Shown: piece by piece, positions 10,339-21,092 of the stretch
Numbering within the stretch: position 1 is the stretch's first letter
Layout of the letters: the number at the start of each line of letters is the position of its first letter
NCBI RefSeq assembly: GCF_013122565.1
Contig: NZ_CP053258.1
Length of the DNA: 64,000 nt
Source: Escherichia coli
Lineage (GTDB): Bacteria > Pseudomonadota > Gammaproteobacteria > Enterobacterales > Enterobacteriaceae
Reading direction: 5' to 3' (one strand)
Program-made: the position numbers and the translations under genes
Notes under the pieces: model-generated
The model's database searches: none
The model's input: the letters and a program-made list of their open reading frames with translations, nothing else
Told to the model about the DNA's origin: nothing

Positions 10339-11994
10339 ATGACTAATCTTCCCCACTGGTGGCAAAACGGCGTTATCTACCAGATTTATCCAAAGAGTTT
10401 TCAGGACACCACGGGTAGCGGCACCGGCGATTTACGTGGCGTTATCCAACGCCTGGACTATCTGCATAAACTGGGCGTTGATGCCATCTGGCTAACCCCC
10501 TTTTATGTCTCTCCCCAGGTCGATAACGGTTACGACGTAGCGAACTATACGGCGATTGATCCCACCTACGGCACGCTGGACGATTTTGACGAACTGGTGA
10601 CGCAGGCAAAATCGCGCGGAATTCGTATCATTCTCGATATGGTGTTTAACCATACCTCTACCCAACATGCCTGGTTTCGCGAGGCGCTGAACAAAGAAAG
10701 CCCTTACCGCCAGTTTTATATCTGGCGCGATGGCGAACCAGAAACGCCACCGAACAACTGGCGTTCAAAATTTGGCGGTAGTGCGTGGCGCTGGCATGCG
10801 GAAAGCGAACAGTACTATTTGCATCTCTTTGCACCAGAACAGGCGGATCTCAACTGGGAGAATCCAGCGGTACGCGCAGAGCTGAAAAAAGTCTGTGAGT
10901 TCTGGGCCGATCGTGGGGTCGACGGGTTGCGCCTGGATGTGGTGAATCTGATCTCCAAAGACCCGCGTTTCCCTGAAGACCTGGACGGCGACGGGCGTCG
11001 CTTCTACACCGACGGGCCACGAGCACACGAGTTTTTGCACGAGATGAACCGCGATGTGTTTACGCCACGCGGGTTAATGACCGTAGGTGAAATGTCCTCC
11101 ACCAGCCTTGAGCATTGCCAGCGATACGCGGCTCTGACAGGCAGTGAATTGTCGATGACCTTTAATTTTCATCACCTGAAGGTCGATTATCCCGGTGGTG
11201 AAAAATGGACGCTGGCTAAACCTGACTTTGTGGCGTTGAAAACATTGTTCCGCCACTGGCAACAAGGAATGCACAACGTGGCATGGAATGCCTTGTTCTG
11301 GTGTAACCACGATCAGCCGCGCATTGTTTCTCGCTTTGGTGATGAAGGTGAATACCGCGTGCCTGCGGCAAAAATGCTGGCGATGGTGCTGCATGGCATG
11401 CAGGGAACGCCGTATATCTACCAGGGCGAAGAGATTGGCATGACCAACCCGCATTTCACGCGCATTACTGACTATCGCGACGTAGAGAGCCTCAATATGT
11501 TTGCCGAGCTGCGCAACGATGGTCGTGATGCCGACGAGTTATTGGCAATCCTCGCCAGTAAATCCCGTGACAACAGTCGCACGCCCATGCAATGGAGCAA
11601 CGGCGATAATGCCGGGTTTACGGCTGGCGAACCATGGATTAGCATGGGCGATAACTATCAACAAATCAACGTAGAAGCCGCGCTGGCCGATGAGTCCTCG
11701 GTGTTTTACACCTACCAAAAGTTAATCGCACTACGTAAGCAAGAAGCCGTTCTGACATGGGGCAATTACCAGGATCTGCTGCCAAACAGCCCTGTATTGT
11801 GGTGCTATCGCCGTGAATGGAAGGGGCAAACCTTGCTGGTCATTGCCAACCTTAGCCGTGAGATCCAACCCTGGCAGCCAGAGCAAATGCGCGGCAACTG
11901 GCAGCTTGTGATGCATAACTACGAAGAAGCCTCACCACAACCCTGTGCCATGACTTTACGGCCTTTTGAGGCTGTCTGGTGGTTACAGAAGTAA
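10339..11994 (+). CDS. treC: Trehalose-6-phosphate hydrolase (GH13)
   Basis: 551 aa from ATG at 10339 (MTNLPHWWQNGVIYQIYPKSF); ORF-track start at 10192 overlaps treB and is an extension. Confidence 0.93.
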   Translation: MTNLPHWWQNGVIYQIYPKSFQDTTGSGTGDLRGVIQRLDYLHKLGVDAIWLTPFYVSPQVDNGYDVANYTAIDPTYGTLDDFDELVTQAKSRGIRIILDMVFNHTSTQHAWFREALNKESPYRQFYIWRDGEPETPPNNWRSKFGGSAWRWHAESEQYYLHLFAPEQADLNWENPAVRAELKKVCEFWADRGVDGLRLDVVNLISKDPRFPEDLDGDGRRFYTDGPRAHEFLHEMNRDVFTPRGLMTVGEMSSTSLEHCQRYAALTGSELSMTFNFHHLKVDYPGGEKWTLAKPDFVALKTLFRHWQQGMHNVAWNALFWCNHDQPRIVSRFGDEGEYRVPAAKMLAMVLHGMQGTPYIYQGEEIGMTNPHFTRITDYRDVESLNMFAELRNDGRDADELLAILASKSRDNSRTPMQWSNGDNAGFTAGEPWISMGDNYQQINVEAALADESSVFYTYQKLIALRKQEAVLTWGNYQDLLPNSPVLWCYRREWKGQTLLVIANLSREIQPWQPEQMRGNWQLVMHNYEEASPQPCAMTLRPFEAVWWLQK

Positions 11995-12138
11995 ATCTTC
12001 ACTAAGCCCCGGTAATGCCTGTCATTCCGGGGTTTTGTCTGTCAGCATGTTGTTTTTGTTGATTTTTCAACCAGCAAATTCATTAAAAAATTTACATATC
12101 GCTGTAGCGCCCGTCATCCGTACGCTCTGCTTTTTACT

Positions 12139-12152
12139 TTGAGCTACATCAA
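12139..12152 (+). promoter_or_regulatory. Candidate FNR site (TTGAGCTACATCAA) upstream of nrdD
   Basis: One mismatch to TTGAT-N4-ATCAA; nrdDG is FNR-activated in E. coli. Confidence 0.5.
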
Positions 12153-12178
12153 AAAAAGTTCAAACATCCTTGATGCAA

Positions 12179-12230
12179 AGCACTATATATAGACTTTAAA
12201 ATGCGTCCCAACCCAATATGTTGTATTAAT
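12179..12230 (+). promoter_or_regulatory. Candidate tandem NrdR boxes upstream of nrdD
   Basis: CACTATATATAG and CCCAATATGTTGTATT with centres about 32 bp apart, overlapping the putative promoter. Confidence 0.45.
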
Positions 12231-12387
12231 CGACTATAATTGCTACTACAGCTCCCCACGAAAAAGGTGCGGCGTTGTGGATAAGCGGATGGCGATTGCG
12301 GAAAGCACCGGAAAACGAAACGAAAAAACCGGAAAACGCCTTTCACAATTTCTGTGGATAACCTGTTCTTAAAAATATGGAGCGATC

Positions 12388-14526
12388 ATGACACCGCATG
12401 TGATGAAACGAGACGGCTGCAAAGTGCCGTTTAAATCAGAGCGCATCAAAGAAGCAATTCTGCGTGCAGCTAAAGCAGCGGAAGTCGATGATGCCGATTA
12501 TTGCGCCACTGTTGCCGCGGTTGTCAGCGAGCAGATGCATGGCCGCAACCAGGTGGATATCAACGAGATCCAGACCGCAGTTGAAAACCAGCTGATGTCG
12601 GGTCCATACAAACAACTGGCTCGTGCTTACATCGAGTACCGTCACGATCGCGACATTGAACGTGAAAAACGCGGTCGCCTGAACCAGGAGATCCGTGGTC
12701 TGGTCGAGCAGACCAACGCCTCGTTACTCAACGAAAACGCCAACAAAGACAGCAAGGTGATTCCAACCCAGCGCGACCTGCTGGCCGGGATCGTGGCTAA
12801 ACACTATGCACGTCAGCACCTGCTGCCGCGTGACGTGGTGCAGGCACATGAGCGTGGCGATATTCACTATCACGATCTCGATTACTCGCCGTTCTTCCCG
12901 ATGTTCAACTGCATGTTGATCGACCTGAAAGGCATGCTGACCCAGGGCTTTAAAATGGGGAACGCCGAGATTGAACCGCCGAAGTCGATCTCTACGGCAA
13001 CCGCGGTAACTGCGCAGATTATTGCTCAGGTTGCCAGCCATATTTATGGCGGCACCACCATTAACCGTATCGATGAAGTGCTGGCACCGTTTGTCACCGC
13101 CAGCTACAACAAACATCGCAAGACCGCAGAAGAGTGGAACATCCCGGACGCCGAAGGCTACGCTAACTCTCGTACCATTAAAGAGTGCTACGATGCCTTC
13201 CAGTCGCTGGAGTACGAAGTAAACACTCTGCACACCGCCAACGGTCAGACGCCGTTTGTAACCTTTGGTTTTGGTCTGGGCACCAGCTGGGAGTCGCGCC
13301 TGATTCAGGAATCTATCCTGCGTAACCGTATCGCAGGCCTCGGTAAAAACCGTAAAACTGCGGTGTTTCCGAAACTGGTGTTTGCGATTCGCGATGGCCT
13401 GAACCATAAAAAAGGCGATCCGAACTACGACATCAAACAGCTGGCGCTGGAGTGCGCAAGCAAGCGCATGTATCCGGATATCCTGAACTACGATCAGGTA
13501 GTGAAAGTCACCGGTTCGTTTAAAACTCCGATGGGCTGCCGCAGCTTCCTCGGCGTGTGGGAAAATGAAAACGGCGAGCAGATCCACGATGGTCGTAACA
13601 ACCTCGGCGTGATCAGCCTGAACCTGCCGCGTATTGCTCTGGAAGCAAAAGGCGATGAAGCCACCTTCTGGAAGCTGCTGGATGAACGTCTGGTGCTGGC
13701 ACGTAAGGCGCTGATGACCCGTATCGCTCGTCTCGAAGGCGTGAAAGCGCGCGTGGCCCCGATCCTCTATATGGAAGGTGCTTGTGGCGTGCGTCTGAAT
13801 GCTGACGATGATGTTTCTGAAATCTTCAAAAACGGTCGTGCGTCTATTTCGCTGGGTTACATCGGCATCCACGAAACCATTAACGCGCTGTTCGGCGGCG
13901 AGCATGTTTACGACAACGAGCAGCTTCGCGCGAAAGGTATCGCCATTGTTGAACGTCTGCGTCAGGCAGTGGATCAGTGGAAAGAAGAAACGGGTTATGG
14001 TTTCAGTCTCTACAGCACGCCGAGTGAAAACCTGTGCGACCGCTTCTGCCGTCTCGATACTGCTGAGTTTGGCGTGGTGCCGGGCGTGACCGATAAAGGT
14101 TACTACACCAACAGTTTCCACCTCGATGTGGAGAAGAAGGTGAACCCGTACGACAAGATCGACTTTGAAGCGCCTTACCCGCCGCTGGCGAACGGTGGTT
14201 TCATTTGCTACGGCGAGTATCCAAACATTCAGCACAACCTGAAGGCGCTGGAAGATGTCTGGGATTACAGCTATCAGCATGTACCGTATTACGGCACCAA
14301 TACGCCGATCGATGAGTGCTACGAGTGTGGCTTTACCGGTGAGTTCGAGTGCACCAGCAAAGGCTTCACTTGCCCGAAATGTGGTAACCATGACGCCTCC
14401 CGTGTGTCGGTAACTCGCCGCGTGTGCGGATATTTAGGTAGCCCGGATGCACGTCCGTTTAACGCTGGTAAGCAGGAAGAAGTTAAGCGCCGCGTTAAAC
14501 ATTTGGGGAATGGGCAGATAGGTTAA
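12388..14526 (+). CDS. nrdD: Anaerobic ribonucleoside-triphosphate reductase (class III)
   Basis: 712 aa; N-terminal ATP-cone, C-terminal glycyl-radical region and CxxC zinc ribbon (CTSKGFTCPKCG). Confidence 0.97.
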   Translation: MTPHVMKRDGCKVPFKSERIKEAILRAAKAAEVDDADYCATVAAVVSEQMHGRNQVDINEIQTAVENQLMSGPYKQLARAYIEYRHDRDIEREKRGRLNQEIRGLVEQTNASLLNENANKDSKVIPTQRDLLAGIVAKHYARQHLLPRDVVQAHERGDIHYHDLDYSPFFPMFNCMLIDLKGMLTQGFKMGNAEIEPPKSISTATAVTAQIIAQVASHIYGGTTINRIDEVLAPFVTASYNKHRKTAEEWNIPDAEGYANSRTIKECYDAFQSLEYEVNTLHTANGQTPFVTFGFGLGTSWESRLIQESILRNRIAGLGKNRKTAVFPKLVFAIRDGLNHKKGDPNYDIKQLALECASKRMYPDILNYDQVVKVTGSFKTPMGCRSFLGVWENENGEQIHDGRNNLGVISLNLPRIALEAKGDEATFWKLLDERLVLARKALMTRIARLEGVKARVAPILYMEGACGVRLNADDDVSEIFKNGRASISLGYIGIHETINALFGGEHVYDNEQLRAKGIAIVERLRQAVDQWKEETGYGFSLYSTPSENLCDRFCRLDTAEFGVVPGVTDKGYYTNSFHLDVEKKVNPYDKIDFEAPYPPLANGGFICYGEYPNIQHNLKALEDVWDYSYQHVPYYGTNTPIDECYECGFTGEFECTSKGFTCPKCGNHDASRVSVTRRVCGYLGSPDARPFNAGKQEEVKRRVKHLGNGQIG

Positions 14527-14547
14527 TCTTCACTCTGCGCTAAGCAA

Positions 14548-14680
<133 letters not shown>

Positions 14681-14683
14681 ATA

Positions 14684-15148
14684 ATGAATTATCATCAGTA
14701 CTATCCTGTCGACATCGTCAACGGCCCCGGCACTCGCTGCACCCTGTTTGTCTCCGGGTGTGTTCATGAATGCCCCGGTTGCTATAACAAAAGCACATGG
14801 CGGGTAAATTCTGGTCAGCCATTTACCAAAGCAATGGAAGACCAGATCATTAACGATCTGAATGACACTCGTATCAAACGCCAGGGTATTTCCCTCTCCG
14901 GCGGCGATCCGCTGCATCCGCAAAACGTGCCGGATATTCTGAAACTGGTACAACGCATCCGCGCCGAGTGTCCGGGTAAAGACATCTGGGTGTGGACAGG
15001 CTATAAACTCGACGAACTCAACGCTGCGCAAATGCAGGTTGTTGATTTGATTAACGTGCTGGTCGACGGCAAATTTGTGCAGGATTTAAAAGACCCTTCC
15101 CTGATCTGGCGCGGCAGCAGCAATCAGGTGGTGCATCATTTGCGTTAA
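14684..15148 (+). CDS. nrdG: Anaerobic ribonucleotide reductase activating enzyme (radical SAM)
   Basis: 154 aa; radical-SAM cysteine motif CxxxCxxC (CVHECPGC). Confidence 0.95.
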   Translation: MNYHQYYPVDIVNGPGTRCTLFVSGCVHECPGCYNKSTWRVNSGQPFTKAMEDQIINDLNDTRIKRQGISLSGGDPLHPQNVPDILKLVQRIRAECPGKDIWVWTGYKLDELNAAQMQVVDLINVLVDGKFVQDLKDPSLIWRGSSNQVVHHLR

Positions 15149-15439
15149 TCACTCATCCAGTCGTTTAGTCGCGTCTTCATAAACGGCTGAGTTCTCTCTC
15201 TTACCAATAGATATCACCAACACGAGCAACTCTTTATCGTTAACCTGATAAACCAGGCGATATCCCAGTGTGCGCAGCTTAATTTTGTAGCAGTCCGGTA
15301 AATCCCGCAGTTTAGCCGATGGATTGCGCGGCCTTTTTAGCAAATCCTCAAGCTTTTTTTTAAATTGTTCCCGGACTGTCACGCCCAGTTTTTGCCACTC
15401 TTTCAGCGCCCGCGGATCAAAAGCCAGCTCATAGTTCAT
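15149..15439 (-). CDS. RelE/ParE-superfamily type II toxin (RelE-like)
   Basis: 96 aa from ATG at 15439 (MNYELAFDPRALKEWQKLG...YKIKLR..GYRLVYQV...LVLVISIGKRE), resembling RelE; overlaps upstream antitoxin gene by 11 nt; ORF-track start at 15517 is a non-ATG extension. Confidence 0.8.
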   Translation of the reverse strand: MNYELAFDPRALKEWQKLGVTVREQFKKKLEDLLKRPRNPSAKLRDLPDCYKIKLRTLGYRLVYQVNDKELLVLVISIGKRENSAVYEDATKRLDE

Positions 15440-15671
15440 CCAGTCGGACCTTAATGGCCTCTTGTGGGTTGGCCAGTCGTTCCCTGACAGTGCGTAACAA
15501 GGCTTCTTCACTATCACTGACAGTGAGCGTTTTTACCGGCATTCGTCCATTTTCCGCAACGTACTGAAACAGCAGCCGCACTGCTTCAGTAGGCGTGATA
15601 TTTAATTTTTCCAGCACCGCATAAGCCTCATTTTTCAGTTTGTCATCCAGGCGGACGTTAAGTGTGGCCAT
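15429..15671 (-). CDS. RelB/DinJ-family antitoxin
   Basis: 80 aa MATLNVRLDDKLKNEAYAVLEKLNITPTEAVRLL..., resembling RelB; GGAGG RBS upstream; immediately 5' of and overlapping the toxin gene. Confidence 0.8.
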   Translation of the reverse strand: MATLNVRLDDKLKNEAYAVLEKLNITPTEAVRLLFQYVAENGRMPVKTLTVSDSEEALLRTVRERLANPQEAIKVRLDEL

Positions 15672-15695
15672 TATGCCTCCGGTAATTATGAAAAG

Positions 15696-15730
15696 TGTAA
15701 TGCATTATAGCATTACATATGCATTACATT
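15696..15730 (-). promoter_or_regulatory. Putative autoregulatory operator of the RelBE-like module
   Basis: Perfect palindrome TAATGCATTA (15698-15707) plus repeats of GCATTACA at 15710 and 15721, 25-60 bp upstream of antitoxin ATG. Confidence 0.5.
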
Positions 15731-15819
15731 CATTTCTGGAAAACGCCTCGCAAAAATGGCGTCGACACGCAGAAATATGCCGTAGTGAAGAGAGATTTGG
15801 CGGTGATTTTACGAGGGGT

Positions 15820-15854
15820 AAGAAAGCGTTGGGCGGTAACGTTTCACCGCCCAA
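15820..15854 (-). terminator. Putative cybC terminator
   Basis: TTGGGCGG...CCGCCCAA stem (15829-15854) just downstream of cybC stop, T-rich tail on reverse strand. Confidence 0.4.
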
Positions 15855-15861
15855 TAAGGAA

Positions 15862-16251
<390 letters not shown>

Positions 16252-16430
16252 TCACTTCCTTTTTTATTTACACTTCATCCTTCACACTGCCTCATCGACG
16301 GCTACGCTCATTCGACCGGGTCACGTACTACGAGTACGCTCCCCGGCTCTCATTCACTTTCCGTCTCGATGCAGCGCGAATGATTTTGTGTAATTTTTTA
16401 GTTTATGGCGCGGCAGGTCGCGCCAGTTTT

Positions 16431-17783
16431 TTACTGCCCGGCGATTTTCATCTCCGGCAACAGCACAGAACCACACTGTATATTACTGCGTGTTTCAATA
16501 TCGTTACCGACGGTGACAATATTGCGCCACATATCTTTTAAATTACCTGCGATGGTGATTTCGCTCACCGGATACTGAATTTCGCCATTCTCTACCCAGA
16601 AGCCCGCTGCACCACGGGAATAATCACCGGTAATGGCACTCACGCCCTGACCCATCAGCTCCGTCACCACCAGCCCGGTGCCCATCTCTTTAAGCATTTG
16701 TTCGAAGCTTAGCCCTTGTCCGGCAATCCGCCAGTTGTGAATACCGCCCGCATGTCCGGTGCTTTTCAGCCCCAGTTTCCGCGCCGAGTAGCTGGTCAGC
16801 AACCACTGCGTCAGGATGCCATCTTTAATAATATCGCGACGCTCGGTGCGCACACCTTCGCTGTCGAAAGGCGTCGACGCCAGCCCTTTCAGCAGATGCG
16901 GATGCTCTTCAATGGTCAGCCAGTCCGGCAGAATTTGTTTACCCAGCGAATCCAGCAGGAAGGTGGATTTACGGTAAACCGATCCACCCGCTATCGCCCC
17001 AACCAGATGCCCAAAGAGCCCGGTTGCCACTTCATTGACAAAAATGACCGGCGCTTTCATGGTGGAGAGTTTACGCGGTGACAGGCGCGATAAAGTGCGG
17101 CGAGCACAGTCGGCCCCGACCCACTCTGGCGTTTGCAGATCGCTCATTGCACGACCAATGGTGTAGGCGTAATCACGCTCCATATCGCCATTTTCTTCAG
17201 CAATTACACAGCTGGAGAGCGAATGACGCGTAGAGCAGTAACCCTGCAACATGCCGTGGCTGTTGCCAAAAACTTTGACACCGTAGTGGCTGTTAAAGCT
17301 GCCGCCTTCGGTATTAGTAATACGTTTGTCCGCCTGCAATGCCGCCTGTTCTGCGCGGGCCGCCAGTTCAATGGCTTCATCCGGGGAAACTTCCGCGGGG
17401 TGGAACAAGTCGAGATCTGGTGCGTCAAAGGCCAGCAGCTCTTTGTCTGCCACGCCGGCACAGGGATCTGGCGAGGTATAACGGGCAATATCCAGCGCCG
17501 CCTGTACAGTACGGGCAATGGCCTGCGGGCTTAAATCGGTGGATGATGCGCTACCTTTGCGGTTCTGGTGATAAACAGTGATCCCCAGCGCGCCATCGCT
17601 ATTGAATTCAACATTCTCCACTTCACCATAACGCGTGCTTACGCTAATGCCGGTGGTCTTGCTGACGGCAACTTCCGCACCGTCCGATTTGCCTGAGGCC
17701 AACTCCAGCGCAGTGGAAACTGCTTCTTCCAGAATCTTGCGCTGCGCTTCAACTTGAGAGATTACTTTCATTGCAAGTGCCAT
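16431..17783 (-). CDS. pmbA: Metalloprotease PmbA (TldE)
   Basis: 450 aa, [16 protein letters not shown]...; divergent from yjgA. Confidence 0.93.
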   Translation of the reverse strand: MALAMKVISQVEAQRKILEEAVSTALELASGKSDGAEVAVSKTTGISVSTRYGEVENVEFNSDGALGITVYHQNRKGSASSTDLSPQAIARTVQAALDIARYTSPDPCAGVADKELLAFDAPDLDLFHPAEVSPDEAIELAARAEQAALQADKRITNTEGGSFNSHYGVKVFGNSHGMLQGYCSTRHSLSSCVIAEENGDMERDYAYTIGRAMSDLQTPEWVGADCARRTLSRLSPRKLSTMKAPVIFVNEVATGLFGHLVGAIAGGSVYRKSTFLLDSLGKQILPDWLTIEEHPHLLKGLASTPFDSEGVRTERRDIIKDGILTQWLLTSYSARKLGLKSTGHAGGIHNWRIAGQGLSFEQMLKEMGTGLVVTELMGQGVSAITGDYSRGAAGFWVENGEIQYPVSEITIAGNLKDMWRNIVTVGNDIETRSNIQCGSVLLPEMKIAGQ

Positions 17784-17876
17784 AATGTAGAGAGTTTCTC
17801 TGAAGTCTAACAGAGAACCGTTTTTCAGTGCGCATCTTAACTGGTAACATTAGCCTCTTTTTTTAAGGAGCCTGAG

Positions 17877-18428
17877 ATGACTAAGCAGCCCGAAGACTGG
17901 CTCGACGACGTTCCCGGTGATGACATCGAAGACGAAGACGATGAAATTATCTGGGTCAGTAAAAGTGAAATTAAACGCGATGCCGAGGAGCTAAAACGCC
18001 TTGGCGCGGAAATTGTTGATCTGGGGAAAAACGCGCTGGATAAGATCCCGTTAGATGCGGATCTGCGCGCGGCTATTGAGCTCGCCCAGCGTATTAAGAT
18101 GGAAGGTCGCCGCCGCCAGTTGCAGCTCATCGGTAAGATGCTGCGCCAGCGCGATGTTGAACCGATCCGTCAGGCGCTGGATAAGCTGAAAAACCGTCAC
18201 AACCAGCAGGTGGTACTGTTCCATAAACTGGAAAACCTGCGCGATCGTCTGATCGATCAAGGTGATGACGCCATCGCTGAAGTATTGAATCTGTGGCCCG
18301 ATGCCGATCGTCAGCAACTGCGTACTCTGATCCGCAACGCGAAGAAAGAGAAAGAAGGGAATAAGCCGCCGAAATCCGCACGCCAGATTTTCCAGTATCT
18401 GCGCGAGTTAGCGGAGAACGAAGGGTAA
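17877..18428 (+). CDS. yjgA: Ribosome-associated protein YjgA (DarP), DUF615
   Basis: 183 aa acidic/basic protein; conserved position between pmbA and mpl. Confidence 0.85.
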
Positions 18429-18454
18429 TTTTCGTTGTTGATGTGAGTATGGTT

Positions 18455-18505
18455 TGCCGGATGCGGCGTAAACGCCTTATCCGGCAATGCTTTATCAGGC
18501 TGAAG
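18455..18505. repeat. REP element
   Basis: GCCGGATGCGGCGTAAACGCCTTATCCGGC unit. Confidence 0.8.
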
Positions 18506-18510
18506 CCGAA

Positions 18511-19884
18511 TTACTGCGCAGCTTCCGCCTTCTTCGCCAGACCATCCAGCAGTTTCTGATGGATCCCACCAAAACCGCCGTTGCTCATCACCAGAATATG
18601 GTCGCCAGGCTGAGCGGTTTTCACCACCATATCTGCCAGCGTATCCACATCGCCACTCCAGTGTGCAGGCTGAACGCAGGCTTCTGCCACTTCTGCCACC
18701 TGCCACGGAATATGCGCCGGTTGCAGCAGGAAGACTTCATCGGCACGACCTAATGAAGGTGCCAAATCGTCTTTGCAGATCCCCATTTTCATGGTATTCG
18801 AGCGCGGTTCCAGCACAGCAATAATGCGCGCCGTACCACCAACTTTGCCACGCAGCGCCGCAAGCGTTGCCAGAATCGCCGTCGGGTGATGGGCAAAATC
18901 GTCATATACCGTGACGCCATTGGCTTCACCACGCAGTTCCAGACGGCGACGAGCGTTAATAAACGAACCCAGCGCGTTAGCGGCATCTGCCGGCGCTACA
19001 CCAACATGGCGAGCCGCCGCAATCGCCATCAGGCCATTGTGCATATTATGTTCGCCTACCAGCGACCATTTCACTTCGCCCACTTTTTCGCCATCCAGCA
19101 AGACTTCCCATTCAGAAGCGTCAGTGGTCAGCTTTTTCGCCTGCCAGTGACCTTGCTCGCCCACCAGCTCCTGCTCGCTCCAGCAGCCCATCGCCATGGT
19201 CTGTTTCAGGTTGATGTCGTTTTCCGGCCAGATAATACGGCCCTGCCCCGGAACGATACGCACCAGATGGTGGAACTGTTTCTGGATCGCTTTCAGGTCG
19301 TCAAAGATATCGGCGTGATCGAACTCAAGGTTGTTGAGGATCAGCGTACGCGGGCAGTAATGAACAAATTTAGAACGTTTGTCGAAGAAGGCGCAGTCAT
19401 ACTCATCCGCTTCGATAACAAAGAAGTCGCTTTCGCCCAGACGCGCCGAAACCTCAAAGTTCCCCGGCACACCGCCGATCACAAATCCCGGTTTGTAACC
19501 GCACTGTTCCAGAATCCAGGTCGCCATTCCCGCCGTGGTGGTTTTGCCGTGTGTACCAGCAACGGCCAGCACCCAGCGGTCGCGCAGCACAAAATCGTGC
19601 AGCCACTGTGGACCTGACATATAAGGGATGTTTTTTTCCAGTACCGCTTCCACACACGGATTTCCACGGGTCATGGCGTTGCCAATAATCACCAGATCCG
19701 GCTGCGGCTCGAGCTGGCTGGCATCGTAACCCTGAATCAGCTCAATGCCTTGCTTCTCAAGTAAGGTGCTCATCGGCGGATACACATTGGCGTCCGAACC
19801 CGTTACTTCATGGCCTAACTGGCGCGCCAGCATCGCCAGACCGCCCATAAACGTGCCACAAATTCCTAAAATATGAATGCGCAT
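18511..19884 (-). CDS. mpl: UDP-N-acetylmuramate:L-alanyl-gamma-D-glutamyl-meso-DAP ligase
   Basis: 457 aa Mur ligase (MRIHILGICGTFMGGLA...; GTHGKTTT P-loop). Confidence 0.95.
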   Translation of the reverse strand: MRIHILGICGTFMGGLAMLARQLGHEVTGSDANVYPPMSTLLEKQGIELIQGYDASQLEPQPDLVIIGNAMTRGNPCVEAVLEKNIPYMSGPQWLHDFVLRDRWVLAVAGTHGKTTTAGMATWILEQCGYKPGFVIGGVPGNFEVSARLGESDFFVIEADEYDCAFFDKRSKFVHYCPRTLILNNLEFDHADIFDDLKAIQKQFHHLVRIVPGQGRIIWPENDINLKQTMAMGCWSEQELVGEQGHWQAKKLTTDASEWEVLLDGEKVGEVKWSLVGEHNMHNGLMAIAAARHVGVAPADAANALGSFINARRRLELRGEANGVTVYDDFAHHPTAILATLAALRGKVGGTARIIAVLEPRSNTMKMGICKDDLAPSLGRADEVFLLQPAHIPWQVAEVAEACVQPAHWSGDVDTLADMVVKTAQPGDHILVMSNGGFGGIHQKLLDGLAKKAEAAQ

Positions 19885-20059
19885 ACGTCACTATCCTTTT
19901 TTAATCTGCCGCTCATTTTACGCATATGTCGGGCAAGTGAGAAACGCATTTCAGGATAATCCGTAATTTGCTGGCGCGATTCACCTGAGCGCAACATTCC
20001 GATTATTTGTTAAGATTGTTACGGTCGCTTTACTCCATAAACATTGCAGGGAAAGTTTT

Positions 20060-21058
20060 ATGAAAACGTTAGGTGAATTTATTGTCGAAAAGCAGCACGA
20101 GTTTTCTCATGCTACCGGTGAGCTCACTGCTTTGCTGTCGGCAATAAAACTGGGCGCCAAGATTATCCATCGCGATATCAACAAAGCAGGACTGGTTGAT
20201 ATCCTGGGTGCCAGCGGTGCTGAGAACGTGCAGGGCGAGGTTCAGCAGAAACTCGACTTGTTCGCTAATGAAAAACTGAAAGCCGCACTGAAAGCACGCG
20301 ATATCGTTGCGGGCATTGCCTCTGAAGAAGAAGATGAGATTGTCGTCTTTGAAGGCTGTGAACACGCAAAATACGTGGTGCTGATGGACCCCCTGGATGG
20401 CTCGTCCAACATCGATGTTAACGTCTCTGTCGGTACCATTTTCTCCATCTACCGCCGCGTTACGCCTGTCGGCACGCCGGTAACGGAAGAAGATTTCCTC
20501 CAGCCTGGTAACAAACAGGTTGCGGCAGGTTACGTGGTATACGGCTCCTCTACCATGCTGGTTTACACCACCGGATGCGGTGTTCACGCCTTTACTTACG
20601 ATCCTTCGCTCGGCGTTTTCTGCCTGTGCCAGGAACGGATGCGCTTCCCGGAGAAAGGCAAAACCTACTCCATCAACGAAGGAAACTACATTAAGTTTCC
20701 GAACGGGGTGAAGAAGTACATTAAATTCTGCCAGGAAGAAGATAAATCCACCAACCGCCCGTATACCTCACGTTATATCGGTTCACTGGTCGCGGATTTC
20801 CACCGTAACCTGCTGAAAGGCGGTATTTATCTCTACCCAAGCACCGCCAGCCACCCGGACGGTAAACTGCGTTTACTGTATGAGTGCAACCCGATGGCAT
20901 TCCTGGCGGAACAAGCGGGCGGTAAAGCGAGCGATGGCAAAGAGCGTATTCTGGATATCATCCCGGAAACCCTGCACCAGCGCCGTTCATTCTTTGTCGG
21001 CAACGACCATATGGTTGAAGATGTCGAACGCTTTATCCGTGAGTTCCCGGACGCGTAA
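20060..21058 (+). CDS. fbp: Fructose-1,6-bisphosphatase class I
   Basis: 332 aa, [15 protein letters not shown]... Confidence 0.97.
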
Positions 21059-21065
21059 TCTCCTG

Positions 21066-21092
21066 CGCCTCTCCACACGGAGAGGCGTTTTT
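21066..21092 (+). terminator. fbp rho-independent terminator
   Basis: CGCCTCTCC-ACAC-GGAGAGGCG then TTTTT. Confidence 0.8.

Noticed and set aside
12724-14391. 555-aa minus-strand ORF running antisense through nrdD
   Set aside because: Fully overlapped by the strongly supported nrdD frame; low-complexity R/V/A-rich translation typical of antisense frames in GC-rich genes; no RBS or promoter context
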